From contig JACQJG010000019.1 of the NCBI GenBank assembly GCA_016198125.1, positions 1 to 61,911 of the forward strand: a DNA stretch of 61,911 nt, read 5' to 3'. The notes under the pieces were generated by a model. That model searched no databases and was not told the origin of the DNA. It was given only the letters and a program-made list of their open reading frames with translations. Of this stretch, positions 39,498 to 48,101 are shown piece by piece (positions within the stretch are counted from its first letter, which is position 1; each line of letters begins with the position of its first letter). The DNA comes from Candidatus Iainarchaeum sp. Its GTDB lineage: Archaea > Iainarchaeota > Iainarchaeia > Iainarchaeales > VGJJ01. The translations under genes and the position numbers were made by a program.

Positions 39498-40505
39498 ATG
39501 CACGTGCAGTGTAATAGTCGCATGCAAGCGCAAGTCGAACCTGGAACTCCAATCCAAGCGCCAATCTCTAAAGCCCCGATCAACCTCAAACGCCTGAGCG
39601 TGTTTGCGGGCATAATTGTAGTGTTGGGAGCGCTGATCATTCTATTTGCGCAACAACAAGGAAATCCCATTGGATACGCGACGCTGACTGAAACCCCGGA
39701 CAATGAACCAGCAGCCTCTGACACGCAAGACGGCACTGCAAGCCTGGGGTCTCCGCTGAGGAAAACGTATTTTAAAGAAGCATTTCAACCCAAGCGCGAC
39801 CAGTATAACTTACTTGAAACTGCAGCCAAAAACAAAGGCGTTGCAGTAGCAGACATTGAACGCGTGCTTGAGTTAAAGAACGAAGAAGACATTTACTCAG
39901 ACCTGCCTTCCTTGCCAGGAGACTTTGGAGAAGTTGCGTACGGCATTTTTAACGGCCAATACCTTTCCATTGGATTGCTGGGTGCCGAATACTACAAGCA
40001 ACCGGAATTCTATCCAGGTTTCAAGGACAATGGTTTCAAAGCGTGGACGGACTTTGACCCCCAGTATTGGACTCCACAGGGATATGGAAGTTACCCGGCT
40101 CTTCAGGAAGATGTTTTGGTATTGGGAAAACGTGAAACCGCTACCGGAATTGTATTCGTGCACACGGATTGGGGCGTGCAGGCCTGGCAGGGCGCGCGCA
40201 TTACAAGCACAGCAAAAACAAGAGAATGCTTTGATGTTACGATTACGCCGGACGCGTTTTTGCTTGACCCGTCCTGGCCCAGGTTTGGAAGCAATTGGGG
40301 GCAACGTATAGAAGTGATTGCCCAACTCAAACCTGCATGCAGAAAACAAGGAACGTATCAGGTTGAATTGGAAATGGTGCACCCTCCAAAAGACCTGGCC
40401 GCGCAATGGGCCTTGGAGCACAAGAACTTGTACTTTAGCGCGGCCGGCATGTTTTCAGCAGGAAGCCTGCTGGAAGTCAACGTAAAAGTAGAAGAACCCA
40501 ACTAG
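39498..40505 (+). CDS. Membrane-anchored 'QPEFYP' family protein, paralogue 2
   Basis: TM; LPGDFG, YYKQPEFYPGF, HTDWGVQAWQG, WGQRI. Confidence 0.8.
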   Translation: MHVQCNSRMQAQVEPGTPIQAPISKAPINLKRLSVFAGIIVVLGALIILFAQQQGNPIGYATLTETPDNEPAASDTQDGTASLGSPLRKTYFKEAFQPKRDQYNLLETAAKNKGVAVADIERVLELKNEEDIYSDLPSLPGDFGEVAYGIFNGQYLSIGLLGAEYYKQPEFYPGFKDNGFKAWTDFDPQYWTPQGYGSYPALQEDVLVLGKRETATGIVFVHTDWGVQAWQGARITSTAKTRECFDVTITPDAFLLDPSWPRFGSNWGQRIEVIAQLKPACRKQGTYQVELEMVHPPKDLAAQWALEHKNLYFSAAGMFSAGSLLEVNVKVEEPN

Positions 40506-40533
40506 AAAACTGCGCTTTCTTTAATAACCCCTT

Positions 40534-41532
40534 ATGCATTATTTGGGGTCAACGCAAATGGTGACAGCGTGGAGTTCAGGCGTTAAACTGGGAATTTTTG
40601 CGCTTGCACTTGGACTGCTGGTGGTAGCCATTAAAGTCCAGCAGTTGAATGCAGGGGAATCCAGCCCTTCTATGCACTGGCAACAAGGCATTCTTGCGCA
40701 AAACCCCGCAGTTTCACTTAAAGTCAATGAGGGGGCAAGCCAAGACTTTCCAAGCCACGTGCTCAGAAAGTATTATTTCAAAGAAGTACTCCAGCCCAAA
40801 AGAAACGAATACCAGTTGCTTGAACGCGCAAGCGAGTTTCTCAAAGTCCCCATTTCAACGCTTAAAAAAGAGTGGGGCATTGAAAGCGAGGAAGGCCTTT
40901 TTTCACGCTTGCCCGGGATTCCTATTGATTTCAGCGAGACCGTGTACGCGCTGCGCAGTACAGCCACGTATGCAAGCATTTCAGAAAGTTATTACGAGCA
41001 ACCCGAATTTTATCCTTCTTTTTTACTGGAAGGCATTCTGCGCTGGGCGTATCCAAGCCCTTCAGAAAACCCTCTAAATGGGTATGAAGGATATGCCATT
41101 GAAGAAGAAATTCCGCTTGAAGTGAACGCAGGGAAATCTTTTTCTGTGGACACGTACTGGCATGCCGCGTATGGCGTGAAAGCATACCAAGGATTTTCCC
41201 TTGTACGGGCTCCGAATGCGCCGTCTGAGATAAAAGTTCAATTTGAGTCTTCTGCCACGTTGCTGGCCCCGGCGTGGCCTGTATTTGAAAAAGGCTGGGC
41301 GCAAAAAGTGCGCGTAAAAGGCAGTATTCATCCGTCTGCTTTGCCAGGGCTTTACACCCTTGAACTGCAAGCCGTAAAACCTGCCGAACAAGAAATTAAA
41401 AACTGGAAAATACTTTACGGGATTGGATTGCCTGGAAAACAGTACACGGATGCAGCAACCCAGATTCCGCCTGCGCAGAACAGTTTAAAGGTGCTAGTAC
41501 GCGTACGTAACAAAGAAGGCGGTTCTTCATGA
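40534..41532 (+). CDS. Membrane-anchored 'QPEFYP' family protein, paralogue 3
   Basis: TM; IPIDFS, YYEQPEFYPSF, HAAYGVKAYQG, WAQKV. Confidence 0.8.
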   Translation: MHYLGSTQMVTAWSSGVKLGIFALALGLLVVAIKVQQLNAGESSPSMHWQQGILAQNPAVSLKVNEGASQDFPSHVLRKYYFKEVLQPKRNEYQLLERASEFLKVPISTLKKEWGIESEEGLFSRLPGIPIDFSETVYALRSTATYASISESYYEQPEFYPSFLLEGILRWAYPSPSENPLNGYEGYAIEEEIPLEVNAGKSFSVDTYWHAAYGVKAYQGFSLVRAPNAPSEIKVQFESSATLLAPAWPVFEKGWAQKVRVKGSIHPSALPGLYTLELQAVKPAEQEIKNWKILYGIGLPGKQYTDAATQIPPAQNSLKVLVRVRNKEGGSS

Positions 41533-43562
41533 AACGCAGGGCTTTCACGAATAAAAATTTGTTATTCACCTCCTTTCTCTATTTCACGGCCTTTTTTTGG
41601 CTGAGTGGAACTGCATATGCCACACTTGCCACTACCACAACCACGTTTGCCACCGGGCCGTTTACTTCCCTTTCCCTTGTATTGGACGCCAATCAAACAT
41701 GCTATAACACGCCCAATTTCACGACCACGCTCACAGTTACAGTAAAAAAACAGCCCAGCAACCTGCTTGAAGAAGATGCCAATGTCACTGCCACTGTGAC
41801 TGTTCCAAGTGCAAGCAGTGCGAGTACAAGCATTTCGTTCACAGACCAAAACAATGGAACCTATACCAAGTCCTATCTCTTTGACGTGAATGGAACGTAC
41901 AAGTTCAACGTGCATGCAGTCCAGGATGCAAATTCAAGTGTTACTGGAGACGTGAATGCGTACATTTACGTGGGAGACTTTAACATGGACATCAATTTCA
42001 CGAACAACAATGTTTCCTATACTGCTGGAGACAGTGGGTCTATTCAAAACCATGTAAACAATTCGGATGGAAATCATTTCGCGGGATTGACTGCCACCAC
42101 CACCCTTTACTATCCGGGCGGAAGCACGTTTGTAAGCGGGCAGTCCATGACCGATCAGACAAATGGAGACTATGTGTACGCGTTCACAGTTCCAAGCACG
42201 ACTGGCACGTATGCGGCTACTTCCACGTTTACCTGCGGGTCCAATACAGATTCCAATTCCGGTGGAGCATTTACTGTAAGCGCTTCCTCCAGCGGCAGTA
42301 CTGGAAGCACGGGCGGTGGAGCCGGGGGCGGTGGGGGGGGTGGAGGCGGCGGAGGGGGCGCAGGACTCAACGTAGATGTGAATGATATTATGGTGAGCCC
42401 CCTGGAAGTTGGAGTGCCTGCCACCATTCAAGTGGTTTTGTACAACAAGGGATTCTTTGACCATGACGTGTGGCTGGTTACCAGCATCCAACAAGAAGGA
42501 AAAGAAGTATTCAACTCCGAAGACCGCGTGTACAACCTTCCCCTGGCAAAAAAAACCACGTTCACTGTACCCAAAACATGGATTCCTGAAACCGCAGGGC
42601 CCTTTCTTGTATCTGTAGAGGCCTTAAGCCCTTCCAAACAATCCACGCTGGACAATTTGGTTGAAACCCTTGACATTACAGGGGTTTACAATTACACGCT
42701 CAATGTAGAATGCGCAACCCCCACGGTTGCCCAAGGAAGCCTGGGAACATTCCATGTCACGGTAACCAACACTGGAACCTATGGAAGCGCGCTCAACCTT
42801 GAATACTCCATTCTTGGAAGCACTGGAAACACCATTAAACTTGGAACTGTCCCAGTACAGGTTTTGCCCAGCCAGCAAACGCTGCTTACATTTGATGAAA
42901 TCATTCCTGAAGGCGAACCCCCTGGACTGCACACGTTCAAGGCAACGCTTAAATTCAATGGAACCTCCAACGAAGGCCAGTGCACGTTCACTGTAAAAGA
43001 ACCGTTTGACTATTACTCCGAATTAGTGGAAAACCTGCAAGAGCAATTGGATGAGTTAAAAGAAGAAACAATGGAAAAAGGAGAGCAGGGGTATGTTACT
43101 ACCTTCATTGAGCAACAGCTTGAAGAATTGAATGAAAAATTGGCTGATGCAAGGAAGCGCGTGCAATCCCAAAAATTTGAAGGACTGCAAAAAGACTTGT
43201 CTGAAATTCAAAAGGATTCAAGCGCACTCAAAGCATTATTGGCAGGGGTTACTGAACGCGCATTTTTAAGAACCCAAACCCTTGCAAATATTTTACTGGC
43301 ATTGTTGCTCCTCTTACTGTTGTTGTCTGTTTATTATGGTGCAAGCAGACCTGAACGCGAAAGCCATGCCGAGGGCGTGCGCACGCATATAGATGCATTC
43401 CTGGGCCTGCGACCCCCTTTAACAGGAACTGAATTGGATTTGGAGAAGAAAAAAGAAAGGAAGCATGCCGAAAAAAATAAAAAGAAGGTCCGTGAAAGTC
43501 TATTGAACTTCTTGGGAATCAAAAACGGGAACGGGTTTAAAGAAAAAGGAAAAGGGGCATGA
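41529..43562 (+). CDS. Exported protein: Ig-like domains, poly-Gly linker, CARDB-like domains, coiled coil, C-terminal TM and basic tail
   Basis: Signal ending AYA; mature N-terminus TLATTTTTF; GGGAGGGGGGGGGGGGAG; ILLALLLLLLLLSVYY. Confidence 0.82.
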   Translation: MKRRAFTNKNLLFTSFLYFTAFFWLSGTAYATLATTTTTFATGPFTSLSLVLDANQTCYNTPNFTTTLTVTVKKQPSNLLEEDANVTATVTVPSASSASTSISFTDQNNGTYTKSYLFDVNGTYKFNVHAVQDANSSVTGDVNAYIYVGDFNMDINFTNNNVSYTAGDSGSIQNHVNNSDGNHFAGLTATTTLYYPGGSTFVSGQSMTDQTNGDYVYAFTVPSTTGTYAATSTFTCGSNTDSNSGGAFTVSASSSGSTGSTGGGAGGGGGGGGGGGGAGLNVDVNDIMVSPLEVGVPATIQVVLYNKGFFDHDVWLVTSIQQEGKEVFNSEDRVYNLPLAKKTTFTVPKTWIPETAGPFLVSVEALSPSKQSTLDNLVETLDITGVYNYTLNVECATPTVAQGSLGTFHVTVTNTGTYGSALNLEYSILGSTGNTIKLGTVPVQVLPSQQTLLTFDEIIPEGEPPGLHTFKATLKFNGTSNEGQCTFTVKEPFDYYSELVENLQEQLDELKEETMEKGEQGYVTTFIEQQLEELNEKLADARKRVQSQKFEGLQKDLSEIQKDSSALKALLAGVTERAFLRTQTLANILLALLLLLLLLSVYYGASRPERESHAEGVRTHIDAFLGLRPPLTGTELDLEKKKERKHAEKNKKKVRESLLNFLGIKNGNGFKEKGKGA

Positions 43563-43882
43563 TCATGGCAGGAATTGAATTGGTGTACTTTGTTGGACTG
43601 GTCATACTTTCAACCCTTGTGTTTGTGTGGTTGTTGCGGCACTCCAATCAAACCCTCCTGCGGCGCATGCGGGAATTGGAGCACAAGGTGCGGGCATTGG
43701 AAGGGGAACTTGGACGCTTAAATGCCAAAGGTGCGGCCAAGGCCGGAAAGGAATTGCAAAAGACTGAACGCAAGCTTGAACACAAGCTTTCAGAATTGGA
43801 TGCAGAAAAAGAAAAACTCGAGCTCGCGGAAAAAGAGTTGCTTGCAGAAATTAGAAGCCAGAAACAAAAGCACGTCAAATGA
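43559..43882 (+). CDS. Small TM plus coiled-coil protein
   Basis: ATGA overlap with the preceding gene; N-terminal TM, heptads. Confidence 0.75.
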   Translation: MIMAGIELVYFVGLVILSTLVFVWLLRHSNQTLLRRMRELEHKVRALEGELGRLNAKGAAKAGKELQKTERKLEHKLSELDAEKEKLELAEKELLAEIRSQKQKHVK

Positions 43883-43895
43883 GGCGTGCAAGGAC

Positions 43896-44210
43896 TCACT
43901 TACCGGTCTTGTACACGGGCACCTCGTACAAGCACACTTTTAGGTTCAACAAAATCCACACAAGCATGGCCAGTACTTGAACGAAGACAGCAACACTTTC
44001 ATACACTTCTTCTCCTTGTTGAAAACAGCACACGCTCAACAGCTCACTTGGGTTGGACAAGTTAATGGTCAACTGGGCCGTGTACGGGATAAATATAAGG
44101 TGAATAAGTTCATGCGCCAAACCCCCCAAGACAATGGATGCGAGAAAAACGTTCAAGAAAACAGTCCAGCGGAAGCGTAGCTGGGTTTTTGCAGGTTCAT
44201 TGCTTGCCAT
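43896..44210 (-). CDS. Small membrane protein with HEXXH motif (metalloprotease-like)
   Basis: LAHELIHL in a hydrophobic context; two TM segments. Confidence 0.55.
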   Translation of the reverse strand: MASNEPAKTQLRFRWTVFLNVFLASIVLGGLAHELIHLIFIPYTAQLTINLSNPSELLSVCCFQQGEEVYESVAVFVQVLAMLVWILLNLKVCLYEVPVYKTGK

Positions 44211-44314
44211 GGCCTGTACAAGCAGTTTACAGTTTTAAAGGATTTGGCTTTACTCCACGTGTTCACTGGAACCCCCCCTTCAAATGGGTTTTTAACGGGT
44301 TTTAACCCGCTAGT

Positions 44315-47275
44315 ATGCGCATGCATGCTGAATTTTTGGCCAAAGTACGCGATACCGCGTCTTACTTGAAAGAACACAGTGATTGGGTAGTGTGCCATCA
44401 TTATGACTGCGACGGCATTACCTCTGGAAGCATTATTACGCAAGCGTTGCGCAGGAATGGCGCGCAGGTAAAGCCTTTTGCCATCAAACAATTGTATTCA
44501 GACACCATTCAGCAAATCAGGCAGGCAGGAAGCCATTTGATTTTCACGGATTTTGGAAGCAGTTTCATTCCTGAATTGCGCGAAGCATTTGGAAGCGATT
44601 TTGTAGTGATTGACCACCACCAGCATGGAACTGGAAAACACGAATGGCACGTGAACCCCATGGAATATGGATTGGAGGGCAGTAGGGAAATTAGCGCCGC
44701 GGGCATTTCTTATCTGGTGGCACAGGAAATGAACGCAAAGAACAGGGACTTTGCAGGGCTTGCAGTGGTGGGGGCCGTGGGAGACATGCAGGACTATGAA
44801 ACGCCTGAAGGAAAGCTGATGGGATTGAATGAAAAGATTATTGAAGATGGAATGGAAGAAGGAGTGCTGGAAAAGAAAGTGGACCTGCGGTTGTATGGAC
44901 GCATTTCAAGGCCTTTAACCCAATTTTTAATGTATTCAACGTCTCCCATTCTGCCCTTTTTGACTGCGCAAAAGGAAAACTGCACGGCATTCTTGGAACG
45001 CAACGGCATTCCCTTGCAAGAGAATGGACGCTGGCTGGCTTATGAGGATTTAAATGCAGAGAAAAAAAAGGCGCTGAGCACCGCGATTATCCTGCACTTG
45101 AACGAAAACAATGTCCCTGAATGGAAGGTTCGCGAGCTGATTGGCGAAGTGTATACATTGAAACGCGAAGACCCGCATTCTGCGCTGAGGGATGCAAAGG
45201 AATTTTCAACCGTATTAAATGCATGCATGACCCCCGGTACAGAGGTATATTTGAATGGAAAGCCAACTCCTATTGAAGAGGTAGTAGACCAAACAGCTAT
45301 TTTCTCAGTTAAAAATGGTCAGATTGTACGGGACTCAATGATGCAATTACACCAAATTCCATTACCAGAAGGCATTCCAGTTCTCGAAATAACGACAAAG
45401 ACGGGCCGAAGAGTTTCTTTGACCGCTAACCATGAACTGATGACGCTTAAAGATGGGGAAGTAAGCTGGGCCCCTGCCGAGTCGCTTTCTATTGGAAACT
45501 ATATTGCCATTTCAAAATTGATACCCGAGGTTGGAAAACCAATTGATTTTTGGGATTTTTTTTCGATGGGCGATTTCGAACATAAAAACGAGCATGTTCG
45601 CGGCCCACTTTCAATAAAATACGTAAAAATCCCTCTTTTTGATAAAGACCTGGGATTCCTGTTAGGGTACATTGCAGGAGATGGCCATGTTAAAAAAACT
45701 GGTTCAGGGATTGATATCGCATTTTCAAAAAAACCGCGGGACAAGTATTCTTTCGAAAAAATAAGGGAAATAATGAAGTATAAATTTGGAATTGGCAGTT
45801 GTTACATCTCAGAAAAACCAACTTATTTCAATGCCATATGGCACAGCACCACTCTTTCAAAAATAATTCAAGGATTTGGAATCCCAATAGGAAAAAAAGG
45901 GAATATTGTAAGCTTCAACAAACGGTTTTTGGAGGCTGAAAAGCCAGTTATCTCCGGTATTCTGAGCGGGTTGTTCTCAAGTGATGGCAACATTTACAAA
46001 GGAGGAGTTGAGTTCTCAAGCCATTCAAAAAGTCTCGTAAATCAAATGAGTTACCTTCTACAGCGGTTTGGAATAACCCCCCATATTACACATAGAAAAT
46101 GCCCTGATTGCCCAGGAGAAAAATATCGTTTGCTCGTGTGCGGAAGGACAAATATTCAGAAGTTTGTCCAAGATATTGGGTTTCCCTACCAAGAGACAAA
46201 TTCAAAACTTATTGAAACAACAAGACAAATGAGCACAGTTAATTCGCGAGAGCTTTACCTCCCTGTTAGAGAAAAGCTTTTACGGCTGTTTGAACTATTC
46301 GGCGCCCCGAAAAACTGGTCAGCCCACTTCACGTATTATGGCAAAGGCAAACAGCCCAGCATAGAAAATGTAAGAAAGTACCTTGATTATTTCAGTCGGT
46401 GCATAGAGAAATGTGAAAAGAGCTTAAAAGAGAGAGATTTCAGTCAAATGCCAAAAAACATTCGATTCAGTCAAACCAAAATAGCGAAAGCATGTGGAAT
46501 TTCATCCGCTTGGCTTATGAAAATTCGACGAGGAAAGGCCCCGGGGAAAAATGCAAATAAAAAACTCGAAAATGGATTTAATTTCTATGCTGAAAAAATG
46601 CAAGTGGCTAAAAAAATTATTCTGGAAATCCAGCAATTTGTAGACTCTGATATTTATTGGGATAAAATAGAAATGATTAATGAGTGCAAAGATAGGCCCG
46701 CCTTCGTCTATGACTTAACGATTGAAAAAAACCACAATTATTTAGCAAATGGCATAGTAGTACACAACTGTGGACGCCACGGGCTTGCAACTGTGGGCTT
46801 GCACGTGTGCCTGGGCGACCGCAATGAATACTATCAGCGCGCCCTTGCATTGCTGGCAGAGCACCGAAAACAATTGGCAGAAGGAATCAATTTAATGCTC
46901 ACTCAGGGCTTGCAGGAATTTGAAACATTTTACTTTTTTGATGCACGCGAAAAAATAAAGGAAAGCATTGTGGGAATCGTGGCAGGAATGTTATATGGTT
47001 CTGGTGCCGTGGCAGGAAACAAGCCCATTATTGCATTTGCACACAGCGAAGACGGAAACATTAAGGTAAGCGGTCGGGGGAATTCTGAACTGGTGCGCAG
47101 GGGATTGAACCTGGGAAAGGCATTGAAGGAAACGTGCAACGAGCTAAGCACGTATGCAGAAGGCGGTGGCCACAAACCAGCTGCTGGGTGCAGGATTCTT
47201 GCAGGCGAAAAAGATGATTTTTTGCGCGTGTTGAACGAGAAAATAAGGCAGGGGTATGCGCGCGTACAGGCTTAA
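44315..47275 (+). CDS. recJ: Archaeal RecJ/DHH-family nuclease with intein
   Basis: HHYDCDG, FTDFG, IDHH, VGAVGDMQ, LNA/CGR, KVSGR, EGGGH DHHA1 motif. Confidence 0.9.
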   Translation: MRMHAEFLAKVRDTASYLKEHSDWVVCHHYDCDGITSGSIITQALRRNGAQVKPFAIKQLYSDTIQQIRQAGSHLIFTDFGSSFIPELREAFGSDFVVIDHHQHGTGKHEWHVNPMEYGLEGSREISAAGISYLVAQEMNAKNRDFAGLAVVGAVGDMQDYETPEGKLMGLNEKIIEDGMEEGVLEKKVDLRLYGRISRPLTQFLMYSTSPILPFLTAQKENCTAFLERNGIPLQENGRWLAYEDLNAEKKKALSTAIILHLNENNVPEWKVRELIGEVYTLKREDPHSALRDAKEFSTVLNACMTPGTEVYLNGKPTPIEEVVDQTAIFSVKNGQIVRDSMMQLHQIPLPEGIPVLEITTKTGRRVSLTANHELMTLKDGEVSWAPAESLSIGNYIAISKLIPEVGKPIDFWDFFSMGDFEHKNEHVRGPLSIKYVKIPLFDKDLGFLLGYIAGDGHVKKTGSGIDIAFSKKPRDKYSFEKIREIMKYKFGIGSCYISEKPTYFNAIWHSTTLSKIIQGFGIPIGKKGNIVSFNKRFLEAEKPVISGILSGLFSSDGNIYKGGVEFSSHSKSLVNQMSYLLQRFGITPHITHRKCPDCPGEKYRLLVCGRTNIQKFVQDIGFPYQETNSKLIETTRQMSTVNSRELYLPVREKLLRLFELFGAPKNWSAHFTYYGKGKQPSIENVRKYLDYFSRCIEKCEKSLKERDFSQMPKNIRFSQTKIAKACGISSAWLMKIRRGKAPGKNANKKLENGFNFYAEKMQVAKKIILEIQQFVDSDIYWDKIEMINECKDRPAFVYDLTIEKNHNYLANGIVVHNCGRHGLATVGLHVCLGDRNEYYQRALALLAEHRKQLAEGINLMLTQGLQEFETFYFFDAREKIKESIVGIVAGMLYGSGAVAGNKPIIAFAHSEDGNIKVSGRGNSELVRRGLNLGKALKETCNELSTYAEGGGHKPAAGCRILAGEKDDFLRVLNEKIRQGYARVQA
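45224..46768 (+). mobile_element. Intein with LAGLIDADG endonuclease and XRE-like HTH (515 aa)
   Basis: Starts CMTPGTEV; LTANHELM; GYIAGDG and GLFSSDG; FSQTKIAKACGISSAWL; ends VYDLTIEKNHNYLANGIVVHN/C; visibly more AT-rich than the exteins. Confidence 0.93.
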
Positions 47276-47456
47276 CACCTAATTAAATACTCTGCAAGCT
47301 TTTGAAATGGCATGGGGAAAGTCAAAGACTTTTTTCGCCGAACGATCGGGCGCTGGGCCCAGATAAAGGGAACAACACGCGGTCCAGCCAAGACAACCCC
47401 CTGCAACGTCTCAAAACCGGCCTCCAAAGGAAAAGAATGTTTCCATTGTCAAACTC

Positions 47457-48080
47457 GTGTCATTCTGGCGGGACTATGACAAGGGCTTGCGCAGAAGCAA
47501 AAATCGAAAGCCCGGAAATGCACCAGGAAAACAACCTTGGTTTGACCAGTTGGGAGTAAAGAAAACCGCGCAGCCTGTGGCCGTAACAAGGACCCTTATT
47601 GGAAACGTTCGAACGTTTAAGCAAAAACGGGATTTAATAGCCCACCTTGTCCTTGTAAGGCGAATAAATGACATTGGAAGGAACGCCCATTTTAGGTATT
47701 TTGAATTCCAGCCCGCGCGCATTCTTTCCATCGACGTTCCAAGGCATCGAATCCTTGAAAGAGCGTACCGCGCGCCAAGCCTTTATGATATCACTAAAAG
47801 TGCAGAACGTGACGAGCCATTGCAACAATACTCGCTGTATGGAGATTATTTCCTTCAACGGATGAAGAGGAGGGGAATTCCAATGCCAGCAGTGGTGCGC
47901 GCCCTGTATGACATGGAAGGAGAGGTTGAACAATGGTTTAGGGACATCCCAAGATTTGACTGGCATACCTCAAACGTCCTTGTACTGGACGTTGATCCAA
48001 TAACCAAAAAACCGTTGGTTGCGTTTGTGGATCACGGCCCCCGGCCAAAAAAGTCACTAAAACAAGTGTTCGGCACTTGA
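47457..48080 (+). CDS. Basic protein with protein-kinase-like catalytic motifs
   Basis: ILERAY (hinge-like), FDWHTSNVLV (DxHxxN loop), VAFVDH (IDFG-like); start uncertain. Confidence 0.55.
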   Translation: MSFWRDYDKGLRRSKNRKPGNAPGKQPWFDQLGVKKTAQPVAVTRTLIGNVRTFKQKRDLIAHLVLVRRINDIGRNAHFRYFEFQPARILSIDVPRHRILERAYRAPSLYDITKSAERDEPLQQYSLYGDYFLQRMKRRGIPMPAVVRALYDMEGEVEQWFRDIPRFDWHTSNVLVLDVDPITKKPLVAFVDHGPRPKKSLKQVFGT

Positions 48081-48101
48081 AACTCAAACAAGCCCCTAGT
48101 C

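Noticed and set aside
42313-42360. G-rich tract with a G8 run (phase variation or G-quadruplex)
   Set aside because: Fully explained by an in-frame poly-Gly linker.
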